Shown here: positions 54,849-64,000 of the stretch, one piece after another
How positions within the stretch are numbered: the first letter of the stretch is position 1
How the letters are laid out: each line of letters starts with the position of its first letter
Assembly (NCBI GenBank): GCA_963745075.1
Contig: CAVUWV010000024.1
Coordinates: forward strand, 288,001-352,000
DNA: 64,000 bases
Source of the DNA: Candidatus Hydrogenedentota bacterium
GTDB taxonomy: Bacteria; Hydrogenedentota; Hydrogenedentia; Hydrogenedentales; SLHB01
Reading direction: 5' to 3'
Notes under the pieces: generated by a model
What the model was told of the DNA's origin: nothing
What the model saw: the letters and a program-made list of their open reading frames with translations, nothing else
Database searches by the model: none
Position numbers and translations under genes: made by a program

Positions 54849-55271
54849 ATGGGGTCGTCATTGGTAGAGAGCAAGCCCGCGCGCCCGGTCGCCGTGGTCC
54901 TGGCCATCGGAATCTTCGTGGGGTGGGAATTCGGCGTGAAATCCACCCTCGCCAAGCGCCAGGCTTGGGAAGGCAAGGTGCCAAACGTCTACCGGCAGCG
55001 CGAATGGCTGCGCGGTTTCCGCAAGTCCGGCAAAGCCGAGTACCTTTACTACGATCATTACTGGACCGTCGCATGCACCGACGGAGAATCCCGCACCGTC
55101 GAAGTCCCCCATACTCTCTGGCAGGGCGCGACGGTTGGTACTCCGCTCCGCAAGGTCGAAGGCGAGCGCTACCCCGTTATCGACACGCCCGAAGGTGCAT
55201 CGCGCCGTGAGATGAACGAACGAGTCGTCAATACGCTCGTCGACGAAGTGAAACGCGCGGTTACGGAGTAG
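54849..55271 (+). CDS. Hypothetical membrane-anchored protein
   Basis: One N-terminal TM segment followed by AWEGKV and a beta-rich region. Confidence 0.6.
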   Translation: MGSSLVESKPARPVAVVLAIGIFVGWEFGVKSTLAKRQAWEGKVPNVYRQREWLRGFRKSGKAEYLYYDHYWTVACTDGESRTVEVPHTLWQGATVGTPLRKVEGERYPVIDTPEGASRREMNERVVNTLVDEVKRAVTE

Positions 55272-55280
55272 CGGAACCGC

Positions 55281-55820
55281 TCAATCCTCGGCATGATATT
55301 TTTCCATGCACTCCGGGCAGATGGCGTGAGAGAACTCCGCATGGGTCCGATCCCGCACGTAAGTTTCGACGGCTACCCAATCTGGATTCTCGGACTCCTG
55401 TGCAGAATCGGTTTGAATCTTTTTGCAGTAGCAACAGATTGGCAGAATGCCTTCGAGCGTTCGAATGCGATCGAGGGCGGATTGAAGATCGCTGTTGCGC
55501 CGTTGCAAGTCCAACTGCGCAGCTTTGCTTTCCTGCAAGCGGCGGTAGGCGAAGATGAACGCTGCGACCAACAGAAAGAGGGCGACGCTGACCAGTTCAT
55601 CGACTTCCCAGGCCTCGTAGCGGTGTGCGAATCGGTCGAGCGTTTCCAGTAAATCAACGGCGTGCGCCACGACAAACAGCAATGCGGCACAAAAGGCGAT
55701 CGCAATCAGTTCCCCCACCACGTGTCGAGACTGGACCTGCGTGTCGCGCGGTTGAAATCGATCGTCGGATGGTTCGCTCGGTTCCTCGATAAATGACAAA
55801 CCCGTATTCCCCCTGGACAT
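55281..55820 (-). CDS. Two-TM protein with C-terminal Cys-rich zinc-binding domain
   Basis: LEGILPICCYCKKI...W...FSHAICPEC. Confidence 0.75.
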   Translation of the reverse strand: MSRGNTGLSFIEEPSEPSDDRFQPRDTQVQSRHVVGELIAIAFCAALLFVVAHAVDLLETLDRFAHRYEAWEVDELVSVALFLLVAAFIFAYRRLQESKAAQLDLQRRNSDLQSALDRIRTLEGILPICCYCKKIQTDSAQESENPDWVAVETYVRDRTHAEFSHAICPECMEKYHAED

Positions 55821-55878
55821 TCCAAACCCCCGCCGGAATTATACCATCAAGTTCTCATCCCCGAAATGGAGAAAGCGC

Positions 55879-57525
55879 CTATTCTCTCGAAATCGACCCT
55901 TCACCACGGAGTCGCGTCAGCGCATCTTTCCCGTAGCCAAGTACGATCGATCCTGACTCAATTCCTTTGTAGGCAATTACATAGCCTGTTGAATGGGTGG
56001 TCGTGTCAACCACCATCTCCGTGTCCAATACGCGGATAAATCGCGACCGGGGATTGGTGAAACGGACCTCAAACGTTCGCTCAGACTGGCTCCACTGCAC
56101 GTCCACCGCTTCGCCGATGGATTGAATGCTGTGAGCGGACAACGCGTGTACGCGGCTGGCGGTATCCGTATTGGACAGCAGGCCCACCGCCTCCGGAAGT
56201 CCGTTCTGAAACACGTAGGCGCCGCGTAGGTCCGCGGGGACGTTAACGACGATGACGGGCGCGTGCGCCGTTTCCGCCGTTGCGGTGACCTCGCGGGCAA
56301 TCTCTTCGCTCAAGAGACCGGCCTGGCGCCATACGTCGTAGATATTACTGCTCAGGAAACCAAAACAGACGATTGTGTATGTGACGATTGCTGCCACGCC
56401 CACGTAGCGTCGTTTGAAAACCTGGACGAGGAACAAGGTCACCCCAATCGCCGCAAACACCGACGGAAAATAGAGGAACCGATCCCCTTGCGTATTGACC
56501 GTGCTCACGGTAAGGGTAAATACGGGGATGAGTGCAACGAGAAAACACGCCGCAAAGAACAACATGGCGCGCGCGAGACTACGAAGCCGCCATCGCGAGA
56601 ATGCCGCCGCGACCAACACTCCGCCGAGAACCGTATACCCGAAAAGCACGGTGCGCCAATGCGTTTGCAATGCCGGGCCGAGGTCGATCCCGAGGGGGGG
56701 AGCGGCGACCCGGAGCACGTGCCGCGTCAACCGGTCCGCTATGCCCGGAAAGTCGATTGCGAGATGACCGTGCGCACCGTACCCGCCTAAGGGGGTTCCC
56801 AGGGTAATGTATCGAGCAAGGAGATATCCTGCGAGGACCAGCGCGTACAAGCCAATCGATCCGGCCAGGCTCCGCGTGCGCCACTCCCCGGGCCGTTGCA
56901 CGATTGCGACCAGAATCAGAATCGCCGGCAGAGACAACACGGATTCTTTTGCCAGCAACGCAAGTCCAAAGCTGAGACACGACACAATCAGATACCGAAA
57001 GGTCTCGCGCTTCAAGAACCACAAGAAGGCAAGAATCGAGATGAGTCCGAAAAACGTCGCGATTAGATCCGTCCGGCCGGAAATCCACGCCACCGGCTCC
57101 GAATGGCAGGGCAGGACGAGGAAGAGAATTGCCGCCGCGTAGCTCATGAGCCATCGTTTCGTCGGGTTCGGTACGAATCGTTCGAACAGACCCCACGCCA
57201 ACACTCCGACGAGAAAGGCGTTCAACCCATGCAACGTCAGATTCGTGAGATGGAATCCGTCCGGGTTTAATCCCCAGACCGCGTAGTCGAGCCAAAAGGT
57301 TGCCACCGTCAACGGTCGCAGAAAGCCCCCGTGCGTTTCGCCCCACGTCGCAAAGAACGAACCGGACGCCACGCGCCCGATCAACCCGAAGTCGTCGGAG
57401 AGAAAGAACGTTCCGAGCACCTGCGAGAATGCGAAATAGCTAAGCGTCACGCATACCAACGCAAACAGAGGCACCATGCGCAACGGCAGGGGGAAACGCG
57501 AATCTGTCGTCGCAGTCTCATTCAC
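55879..57525 (-). CDS. GT-C (PMT/TMTC-like) membrane glycosyltransferase
   Basis: SDD, RPL, HSEPVAWISGR, LLAKE, DRFLY. Confidence 0.8.
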   Translation of the reverse strand: MNETATTDSRFPLPLRMVPLFALVCVTLSYFAFSQVLGTFFLSDDFGLIGRVASGSFFATWGETHGGFLRPLTVATFWLDYAVWGLNPDGFHLTNLTLHGLNAFLVGVLAWGLFERFVPNPTKRWLMSYAAAILFLVLPCHSEPVAWISGRTDLIATFFGLISILAFLWFLKRETFRYLIVSCLSFGLALLAKESVLSLPAILILVAIVQRPGEWRTRSLAGSIGLYALVLAGYLLARYITLGTPLGGYGAHGHLAIDFPGIADRLTRHVLRVAAPPLGIDLGPALQTHWRTVLFGYTVLGGVLVAAAFSRWRLRSLARAMLFFAACFLVALIPVFTLTVSTVNTQGDRFLYFPSVFAAIGVTLFLVQVFKRRYVGVAAIVTYTIVCFGFLSSNIYDVWRQAGLLSEEIAREVTATAETAHAPVIVVNVPADLRGAYVFQNGLPEAVGLLSNTDTASRVHALSAHSIQSIGEAVDVQWSQSERTFEVRFTNPRSRFIRVLDTEMVVDTTTHSTGYVIAYKGIESGSIVLGYGKDALTRLRGEGSISRE

Positions 57526-57697
57526 CGTCGTGCAACCCTCGATAACCGTCCTGCCGTAAAGCGTCGGCCCTGCTTGGCTTCATCCATCACACGCGATTAG
57601 ACCGCAGCCACGATACCCGGCGCAAGACGCGTTGTCCGAGTGCGTGTATTGTTTCTTAGGTCCTTTACGTTCTGAATGCCCGGCACGTCTCATCTGA

Positions 57698-57723
57698 CCC
57701 ATAGGTCCTATACGTCCTATGGG
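57698..57723. repeat. Short palindrome with 9-bp period
   Basis: cccataggtcctatacgtcctatggg. Confidence 0.55.
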
Positions 57724-57783
57724 ACCCCTTGACGCCCCGCCCCACGATCGTGCAGGCTGCCAGAAACGAGCAGGAGTCACCCT

Positions 57784-58961
57784 ATGACATTCACCCGCCG
57801 CGAATTTCTGCAATCAACCGCCACGGCTGCCGGTCTTGCGCCCCTGGCAGGCATCGCCGCCGCGCCGGCTGCGGCCGGTCCCACGCCGCTGCTGAAACCC
57901 GTCCACGACTCCGTCGTGTGCCCGTGGACGCCCCAGCATCCGCGAAATGATCACCAGCTCATCTTTCCTCTCGACGACGCACGGCTTATGCTGGTCTGGA
58001 GCGAGTATTACGACAACAACGCCGACCCGAATGCCACCATCGGCAGCGCCAACGCGACCGACGAAGTGCCGTGCCAGATTGCATCCATGATTTCCACGGA
58101 CCGCGGCCGCACTTGGGGCAACCGCCGCGTGCTGCAGCCGAACGTGTGGAAACACAACGTCAAACACCCGAACCTCATCCGGCTCTCGGACCGGGAAGTC
58201 CTTTTCTTCTACGTGGGCTGGGACTCAAACGTGAACCGCAACGTGTACATGCGGCGTTCGCTGGACAACTGCGAGACCTTCGGTGAACAGATTCAGATCT
58301 CCGAGCCGGGTTGGTACTGCAACAACGCGGACCACGCCCTGCGCCTCAGCACGGGCCGCGTTATCCTGCCCGCCCACGGTCCGTACGCGGAGAACTACAT
58401 CGGCGGCGCGCCGTACAAGGGCGGTGATCTCCACGCTTTCGTCTTTTACTCCGACGACGGGTTCAAGACCTGGCAACGCAGCAGCGACAGCATGACGGCG
58501 AAGGGGAGAGGCTGCCACGAACCCACCATCGTCGAGTTGAAAGATGGCCGCCTTTACTGCCTCCTGCGCAACACGAACCAATGCCAGTACTACAGCATCT
58601 CCGAAGACGGCGGCGACCATTGGACCCAACCCGCGCCGACGACCCTTGCGTCCCCCGAATCCCCGGCCCTACTCAAACGCATCCCGACGTACCGGCGACA
58701 TCCTCGTCCTCTGGAACAACGTCGCCTCCAAATCCAACTGGCCCCGCATCCCCCTCACCGCCGCCATATCGACAGGACGAATGCCAAACCTGGACTCACT
58801 ACCACGACATCGACAACCGCACCGACCACGATGCCGCCTACCCCTCCTGCACCTTTGTCGGCGACGAAGCCCTCATCGCCTACTACTCCCGAGATACCAA
58901 GTGGAAACGGGATGCGGAGGTGACGCTGCGGATTTATAAAGTGGGGCAGTTCTACACGTAG
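57784..58961 (+). CDS. Tat-exported sialidase-like (BNR/Asp-box) protein; frameshifts near 58690 and 58774
   Basis: TRREFL; STDRGRTW, SDDGFKTW, SEDGGDHW; C-terminus DAAYPS in the frame of 58581..58961. Confidence 0.85.
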
Positions 58962-58984
58962 TGAATGCTAAACGTAATGACGAA

Positions 58985-59002
58985 TTCCCGCGAAAGCGGG
59001 AA
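58985..59002. repeat. REP-like GAAA-loop hairpin
   Basis: ttcccgc-gaaa-gcgggaa. Confidence 0.6.
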
Positions 59003-59062
59003 CCCATCTTAGAAGTATGCATAGAGCCGTACACGTGCGGAAAGAATCCCAGGGATTGAGGA

Positions 59063-59910
59063 ATGAGAATCATCTCCGAATACAAGGATTACTACGACTC
59101 CGCGCAGAGCTACGGTTCCGATCCAAATCTGATCTACGTGCGGAAGCAGGAGAGCTTCGAATTCGAGCTGCGGTACTCGTTACACGAAGACCGAAAAGGA
59201 CTCTTGCCGAAGCAATTAGACAGAATCCTCAGTTTACCGCTTGAGCTTATCAAAGGATTCCCACATGCGATTAGAGAGCCGCTCGGGCGATGGAAAACCA
59301 ACGAGTTGGAGATCCCAGTTACGGTCAAACTCATAGGGTTCTGCGGTATTTTGTACCCCGCGATTGAAATTGCCGGTACGACATTCTACTCTACGCACGA
59401 TATCGTGGGCGGATTGGTCGAATCCTACTTGAATCGGTATGGACGAACAGGAAAGCATTGGGGGCCGCACTTGGTCGGAAGGTCAGGCCACGGCGTGGCT
59501 TGTATTGGTGGTCTGATCCGCTTACGCACGGGACTTGGGACACCGCCGCCGCAAATGTCCTGAACAAGCGGTTCGATGATATCTTCATCGAGCTGGCGAT
59601 ACCCGCTTTCAAGGTCGAATACATCGCGCTCAACAGACTCAAGAGCGTTGACAAGATTCGCTGTACCCTCAATCCGTTTCTAAAACCAGATGGGTTTCAA
59701 AGGATCAAAGGTCCGGCGGAGGCTTTTCAAGAGATCTCCATCTATCTTGGTAACCAACTTGCGCACCAGCCCGATCCAATCGCCAACATCTCCGACGAAG
59801 TCCTTCGAGACGAAAAGGGCTTCGACGAATGGTCCTTCCGCCGCCACCAGGAGGAAGACAAGAAGTATAAGAAGCGAAAGCGGGGTAAAGGGGAATCACC
59901 GACCGCATAA
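59063..59910 (+). CDS. Hypothetical protein, possibly phage-related; frameshifted near 59440-59465
   Basis: MRIISEYKDYYD N-terminus and AFQEISIYLG...KGFDEWSFR C-terminus in two overlapping ORFs. Confidence 0.6.
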
Positions 59911-59936
59911 TAGGCTTACTGAAGTCTGCTCGTTTG

Positions 59937-60644
59937 CTACTTGATTCTGGTTTCATAGACATAGCCATATGAAAACCATTCCCCGTTCCGTTGAAAGATC
60001 TGAATGATTCCATCTGTATTCAGTTGGCGGTAGAAATCGATGTTCTCCTTAACAAATGGCTTGGCGGGTAATTCGCTAAAGCCAACCAGCCGCAATTGGT
60101 AGTCCTTCAGGGCTGCTTCCAGGGTCTGGTGATAATCCGTTAACGAATGAATAGGCAAATACAGTCGGGAATTGGAATGCATGTACTGCTTCGCTGAATT
60201 CAGAAGCTCCAGAATGAGATCGTTCCCGAATTCCCCTCCAGAGAACACCTCGATGTCCTCACTTTCCATCCGTGCCAAATGCGATGGAGCCACAATTTCG
60301 TTTGGAAGATTCGCAATAATCACATCGAACGCCGGGGTCGTGTCCGCAAAAAGGGAACCTTGGTGGCAGCAGATTTCAACACCGTTCAGTAGTGCGTTCT
60401 TTTTCGCCGCTACAATGGCTCGCGAATCAGTATCGGTTGCTTCAACAGATGCACCTCTCTTGCTTGCCATTACTGCCAAAAGTCCCGATCCCGTACCGAT
60501 ATCGATTGCTCTTTCTCCCTGATGAACGGTAATGCTTTCCGCATAGAATAAGCCGTTGGGTGAAGGCATGAAGACTCCGTCAGCAGCCTCGATCAGAACT
60601 TCTGTATTTCGAATTTCAAAACACCGCTTGTTCTCTTGAGACAT
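59937..60644 (-). CDS. Class I SAM-dependent methyltransferase (HemK-like)
   Basis: IDIGTGSG, FDVIIANLP, SGGEFG. Confidence 0.85.
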   Translation of the reverse strand: MSQENKRCFEIRNTEVLIEAADGVFMPSPNGLFYAESITVHQGERAIDIGTGSGLLAVMASKRGASVEATDTDSRAIVAAKKNALLNGVEICCHQGSLFADTTPAFDVIIANLPNEIVAPSHLARMESEDIEVFSGGEFGNDLILELLNSAKQYMHSNSRLYLPIHSLTDYHQTLEAALKDYQLRLVGFSELPAKPFVKENIDFYRQLNTDGIIQIFQRNGEWFSYGYVYETRIK

Positions 60645-61054
60645 ACGTGCCTTCCTGGTGCGCAGCCGTTGGAAAGAGAGTTCTTAGACAAAGCCCAATC
60701 AGGTACCCCTGCGCAGCATCCCCATGCAGCTTTCCGTGTGCGACAATTGTTCTGCCGAGACTCTGTCTCAAATACTGTCTCTGGTTTAATCGAGGCAATG
60801 TTTGTGTGTCAAATCCGGATCGTCATGACGCGCTTCATCAGGGCGATAGGCGAAACCGTGCACTTGCTGTCCTTCACCCTGGTTTGCCCATGATTCGGTT
60901 CTGGCTATGCGCTGCCATAGGTTGCGCGTCGCGATAAGACGCGGTTGCTGCGGTGCATCTTGCGATTGCCCCAATCTTGTGGTGGTTAGGCTCAAGGTAC
61001 CAATCCTTGCTCTCGATTCGGCATCCCGGCGAAATATCCCCCTAAAAATATACC

Positions 61055-61083
61055 TTGCTATCCCCCTGAGAATATGGTATAAA
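61055..61083 (+). promoter_or_regulatory. Sigma70 promoter of RRM gene 1
   Basis: TTGCTA-N17-TATAAA with TG extension; same boxes at 61714-61742. Confidence 0.75.
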
Positions 61084-61287
61084 CATGTTCCCTGAAGGGG
61101 AAGACGGGTTGTCGTGCCTTGTGGCGTGGCGGTTGCCCGGTGTTCCTGGCCTTTGGATGACGATGCTGCCAATGACTCCGCTGGATGCTTGATGTACTGC
61201 TTCTTGCCTTTCACTTGGTCCCTTCGTTCCCCCGACGTCTCGAACCATCTCCTGAAAACGCAGTAGAACTGCAAAAGGAACCAGTGA

Positions 61288-61584
61288 ATGAATATCTATG
61301 TAGGCAATTTGGCGTACGAAACCACCGAAAACGACCTGAAACAAGCGTTTGAGGTCTACGGAAAAGTCGACACCGCGCGGACCATCGTCGACAAGTACAC
61401 GAACCAGTCCAAGGGCTTCGGTTTTGTGGAAATGCCGGACAGCAGCGAGGCCCAGGCGGCCATCAGCGGCATGGACGGCAAAGACATGGGCGGTCGCTCG
61501 ATCAAGGTCAACGAAGCTCGCCCGAAGACCGAAGGCGGTCGTGGCGGCGGCGGTGGTTACGGCGGCGGCGGTCGCTCCTGGTAA
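61288..61584 (+). CDS. RRM RNA-binding protein with Gly-rich tail, copy 1
   Basis: IYVGNL (RNP2) and KGFGFVEM (RNP1). Confidence 0.95.
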   Translation: MNIYVGNLAYETTENDLKQAFEVYGKVDTARTIVDKYTNQSKGFGFVEMPDSSEAQAAISGMDGKDMGGRSIKVNEARPKTEGGRGGGGGYGGGGRSW

Positions 61585-61616
61585 CCGGTTAAGACCGTTT
61601 CATAAGTGTACACTTT

Positions 61617-61654
61617 CGGGGGTCGTATGGCGCAAAAGGGCCATACGACCCCCG
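61617..61654 (+). terminator. Hairpin after RRM gene 1
   Basis: cgggggtcgtatgg...ccatacgacccccg. Confidence 0.7.
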
Positions 61655-61713
61655 GTTCTGTTGTTCTCCTTCCCGTCCCGGTCGCGGCGGGATATCCCAC
61701 TAAAAAATATACC

Positions 61714-61742
61714 TTGCTATCGGCCTCAAAGTATGGTATAAA
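61714..61742 (+). promoter_or_regulatory. Sigma70 promoter of RRM gene 2
   Basis: TTGCTA-N17-TATAAA with TG extension. Confidence 0.75.
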
Positions 61743-61933
61743 AGGACTTCCAGAAGGGGAAGATGGGTTGCCTCGGTTGGTGCCCGGTGTTCCTGGCCTT
61801 TGGATGACGATGCTACCAATGACGCCGCTAGATGCTCGCTGTACCGCTTCTTGCCATTCGCTTGGTCCCTCGCTTCACCTAATGTCTCGAACCATCCCTG
61901 TAAACGCAGCAAAACTGCAAAAGGAACCCGTGA

Positions 61934-62245
61934 ATGAACATCTACGTAGGTAACCTGCCGTACGAAACCACCGAGTCCGACCTGAAAGAGGCCTTTGAGG
62001 CCTACGGCAAGGTTGACACCGCGCGGACCATCGTCGACAAGTACACGAACCAGTCCAAGGGCTTCGGTTTCGTGGAAATGCCGGATAGCGCCGAGGCTCA
62101 GGCGGCCATCGCCGGTCTGGACGGCAAAGACATGGGCGGCCGCGCCTTGAAGGTCAATGAAGCTCGCCCGAAGACCGAAGGCGGTCGTGGTGGCGGCGGT
62201 GGCTACGGCGGCGGCGGCGGTGGTCGCGGCGGCCGCTCCTGGTAA
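61934..62245 (+). CDS. RRM RNA-binding protein with Gly-rich tail, copy 2
   Basis: IYVGNL and KGFGFVEM; close paralogue of copy 1. Confidence 0.95.
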   Translation: MNIYVGNLPYETTESDLKEAFEAYGKVDTARTIVDKYTNQSKGFGFVEMPDSAEAQAAIAGLDGKDMGGRALKVNEARPKTEGGRGGGGGYGGGGGGRGGRSW

Positions 62246-62276
62246 CCAGGTAAGACCACACTACACAGCTCACAAC

Positions 62277-62323
62277 CGGGGGGCGTATGGCATACGAAGG
62301 CCATGCGGCCCCCGAGTCTTTTT
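62277..62323 (+). terminator. Intrinsic terminator after RRM gene 2
   Basis: cggggggcgtatgg...ccatgcggcccccg followed by a T tract. Confidence 0.7.
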
Positions 62324-62341
62324 CTGCCCGGTGACATCCCG

Positions 62342-64000
62342 TCACTCCTCCCCGAGCCACGCCCCCGAGTTCGCACGAAACGTTTCGTGCGGGGCGAACC
62401 ACCGTTTTTCCATCGTTACGGAACGCAGACCGATACCCAGGGTCCGGTGGTCTCTCGATTCCTTGTTCAGTTGCGCGGGTACCCAGCCGGGAACGCGGAC
62501 AGTCAACACGATGCGATCTTCGTCCACGCGCGGTAGTTTCACCTTGACGGTTGTAAACCCCGGCTCGTTTGGCAATGGCGCCACCAACTCGTCGCCATGA
62601 TACAGACCCGCGTCGGGGCCGACGGCGGCCTGCGGCAGGTTGATGTCTAGCGTGATTGTGTACCGCTTATGCGGCAGCACCGGGAGCCGCAGTTCGGATT
62701 CCGCGGTGGACCAACGCTTTGTGCCGTTCCCATCGGGCCATTCCCCGGCGGTTTCGGGCCCGTGCCATTGCCGCACGTAGGGACGGTCGCCGACCTCGCC
62801 GACGTCCACTACGTAATGAGATAGGCTTTTCCGCGTCCATTCCACGGGATTCTTCTCGTTGGCAACGAGCTGCGTCTTGTCCCCGGCCTGATTCTCGACA
62901 TCCAGCCCGCCCGAGGCCTGATTGCCCATGATGATGGCGGACTGGACCGCTTTGCCCACCAGCACGTGCGTGTCGCCGGGGCCGAAGGTGTTTCCTTGGA
63001 CGATGGACTTGCCGGTATCAAGCTGAATGGCCGGGGCGCCGGTGGCGTTCTTATCGAAATGCACGAAGTGACACGCGTTGGCCGTGAACTGCGTGCGGGG
63101 CGACCGCGCCCATACGCACCGGTCAATCGGTCCCCAGAACGAGCAGTTGACGAGGCTGACCTTACCCGCGCCGGAGCCTTCGGCGATTTCGACGCACACC
63201 GAATCGTCGCTTTCCCAACGTCCCACGAACTCACCATTCGTGATGAGGAGCCCCGGCTCTTGGCAATCCTCGACCAACACCGCCCGGCGGCACGAGTCCG
63301 CGCCGATCCCGAGGAAGTTGCCGTTGCAGGACCCGTTCTTCGTCTTCGAGAACTTGTATCCCACGCCGTAGCCGAAGCAGAACGTATTCATCACGTACTG
63401 CCAGTCCGTCCGCGCAAATTCAAAGGCGACGCCCTGCGTGTTCACCCAGTGGCAATACGGATCGTCGGGTTTGTAGGCCACGCCGAAGGGCCAGAAGTGG
63501 CAGTTTTCCACGCGGCCGATGTCGTAACACGCGTCCACGTACAGTCCGCGATAGCTCGGATACCCGAACACGTTCCGCACAATGAACCGCGCAGTCCCGT
63601 CGAAATGAATGCCTTCGTACGCGTTTACAATGAGACAATCGAGAATGGCCACGTCATTGACGCCCGTCGCGCCGATCGCGGGCGGGTAGGGGACTGGCGG
63701 CACGTCTTCCTGCCGCCATTCCGGGTAGTAAATGATGACGCCGGAAACAGTCGCCATCTCGCCACCGAGCCGGATAAACGGATCGCCCTCTGCGTTGCCG
63801 CGATTCGCGTACGCCTCCAGCACCGTGCCGTCCAATCGCAGCGGACGTCCGCCCCGATCCGTGGGCGGCGCATGGAAGACCCCCTGCAATGTCACCGCGC
63901 GCGGAATCGTCAACGAACCCGCGATACGGTACCGCCCCGCGGGAACCTGTACCACGCCGCCACCTGCGTTGCCTGCTGCGTCCAGGGCTTGTTGAAACGC
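62342..64000 (-). CDS. Right-handed beta-helix (pectate_lyase_3 / GH28-related) protein, 5' end outside the window
   Basis: AFQQALDAAGNAGGGVVQVPAGRY; repeated ENCHFW/VNCSFW beta-helix turns. Confidence 0.8.
   Translation of the reverse strand, partial: AFQQALDAAGNAGGGVVQVPAGRYRIAGSLTIPRAVTLQGVFHAPPTDRGGRPLRLDGTVLEAYANRGNAEGDPFIRLGGEMATVSGVIIYYPEWRQEDVPPVPYPPAIGATGVNDVAILDCLIVNAYEGIHFDGTARFIVRNVFGYPSYRGLYVDACYDIGRVENCHFWPFGVAYKPDDPYCHWVNTQGVAFEFARTDWQYVMNTFCFGYGVGYKFSKTKNGSCNGNFLGIGADSCRRAVLVEDCQEPGLLITNGEFVGRWESDDSVCVEIAEGSGAGKVSLVNCSFWGPIDRCVWARSPRTQFTANACHFVHFDKNATGAPAIQLDTGKSIVQGNTFGPGDTHVLVGKAVQSAIIMGNQASGGLDVENQAGDKTQLVANEKNPVEWTRKSLSHYVVDVGEVGDRPYVRQWHGPETAGEWPDGNGTKRWSTAESELRLPVLPHKRYTITLDINLPQAAVGPDAGLYHGDELVAPLPNEPGFTTVKVKLPRVDEDRIVLTVRVPGWVPAQLNKESRDHRTLGIGLRSVTMEKRWFAPHETFRANSGAWLGEE

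Overview
A 64 kb, GC-rich bacterial chromosomal segment. The gene content suggests Candidatus Hydrogenedentes or a similar PVC-like lineage; this is inference only. Housekeeping genes (purB, archaeal-type purO, gnd, tpiA-secG, murA-hisD-hisC, glnK-amtB, fabI, glgA) alternate with secreted carbohydrate-processing proteins, two TA pairs, a Ser/Thr kinase-WD40 gene and a duplicated RRM gene unit. No rRNA, tRNA or CRISPR array was seen. About ten frameshift sites, nearly all repaired by removing one base, point to sequencing or assembly error. The most notable structure, at 21.1-22.7 kb, is two tandem units of [~90 bp attI-like repeat]-[single gene cassette]-[attC], with no integrase in the window. 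The second cassette is a four-helix-bundle (IVP/Avd-like) gene enclosed by a perfect 32-bp inverted repeat. Also notable are an operon pairing an apparently inactive wHTH-MNT protein with a degenerate Type IIG restriction-modification-like protein, a conserved ~200-nt leader shared by the two RRM genes, two consensus sigma54 promoters, and many different intergenic palindromic repeat families.
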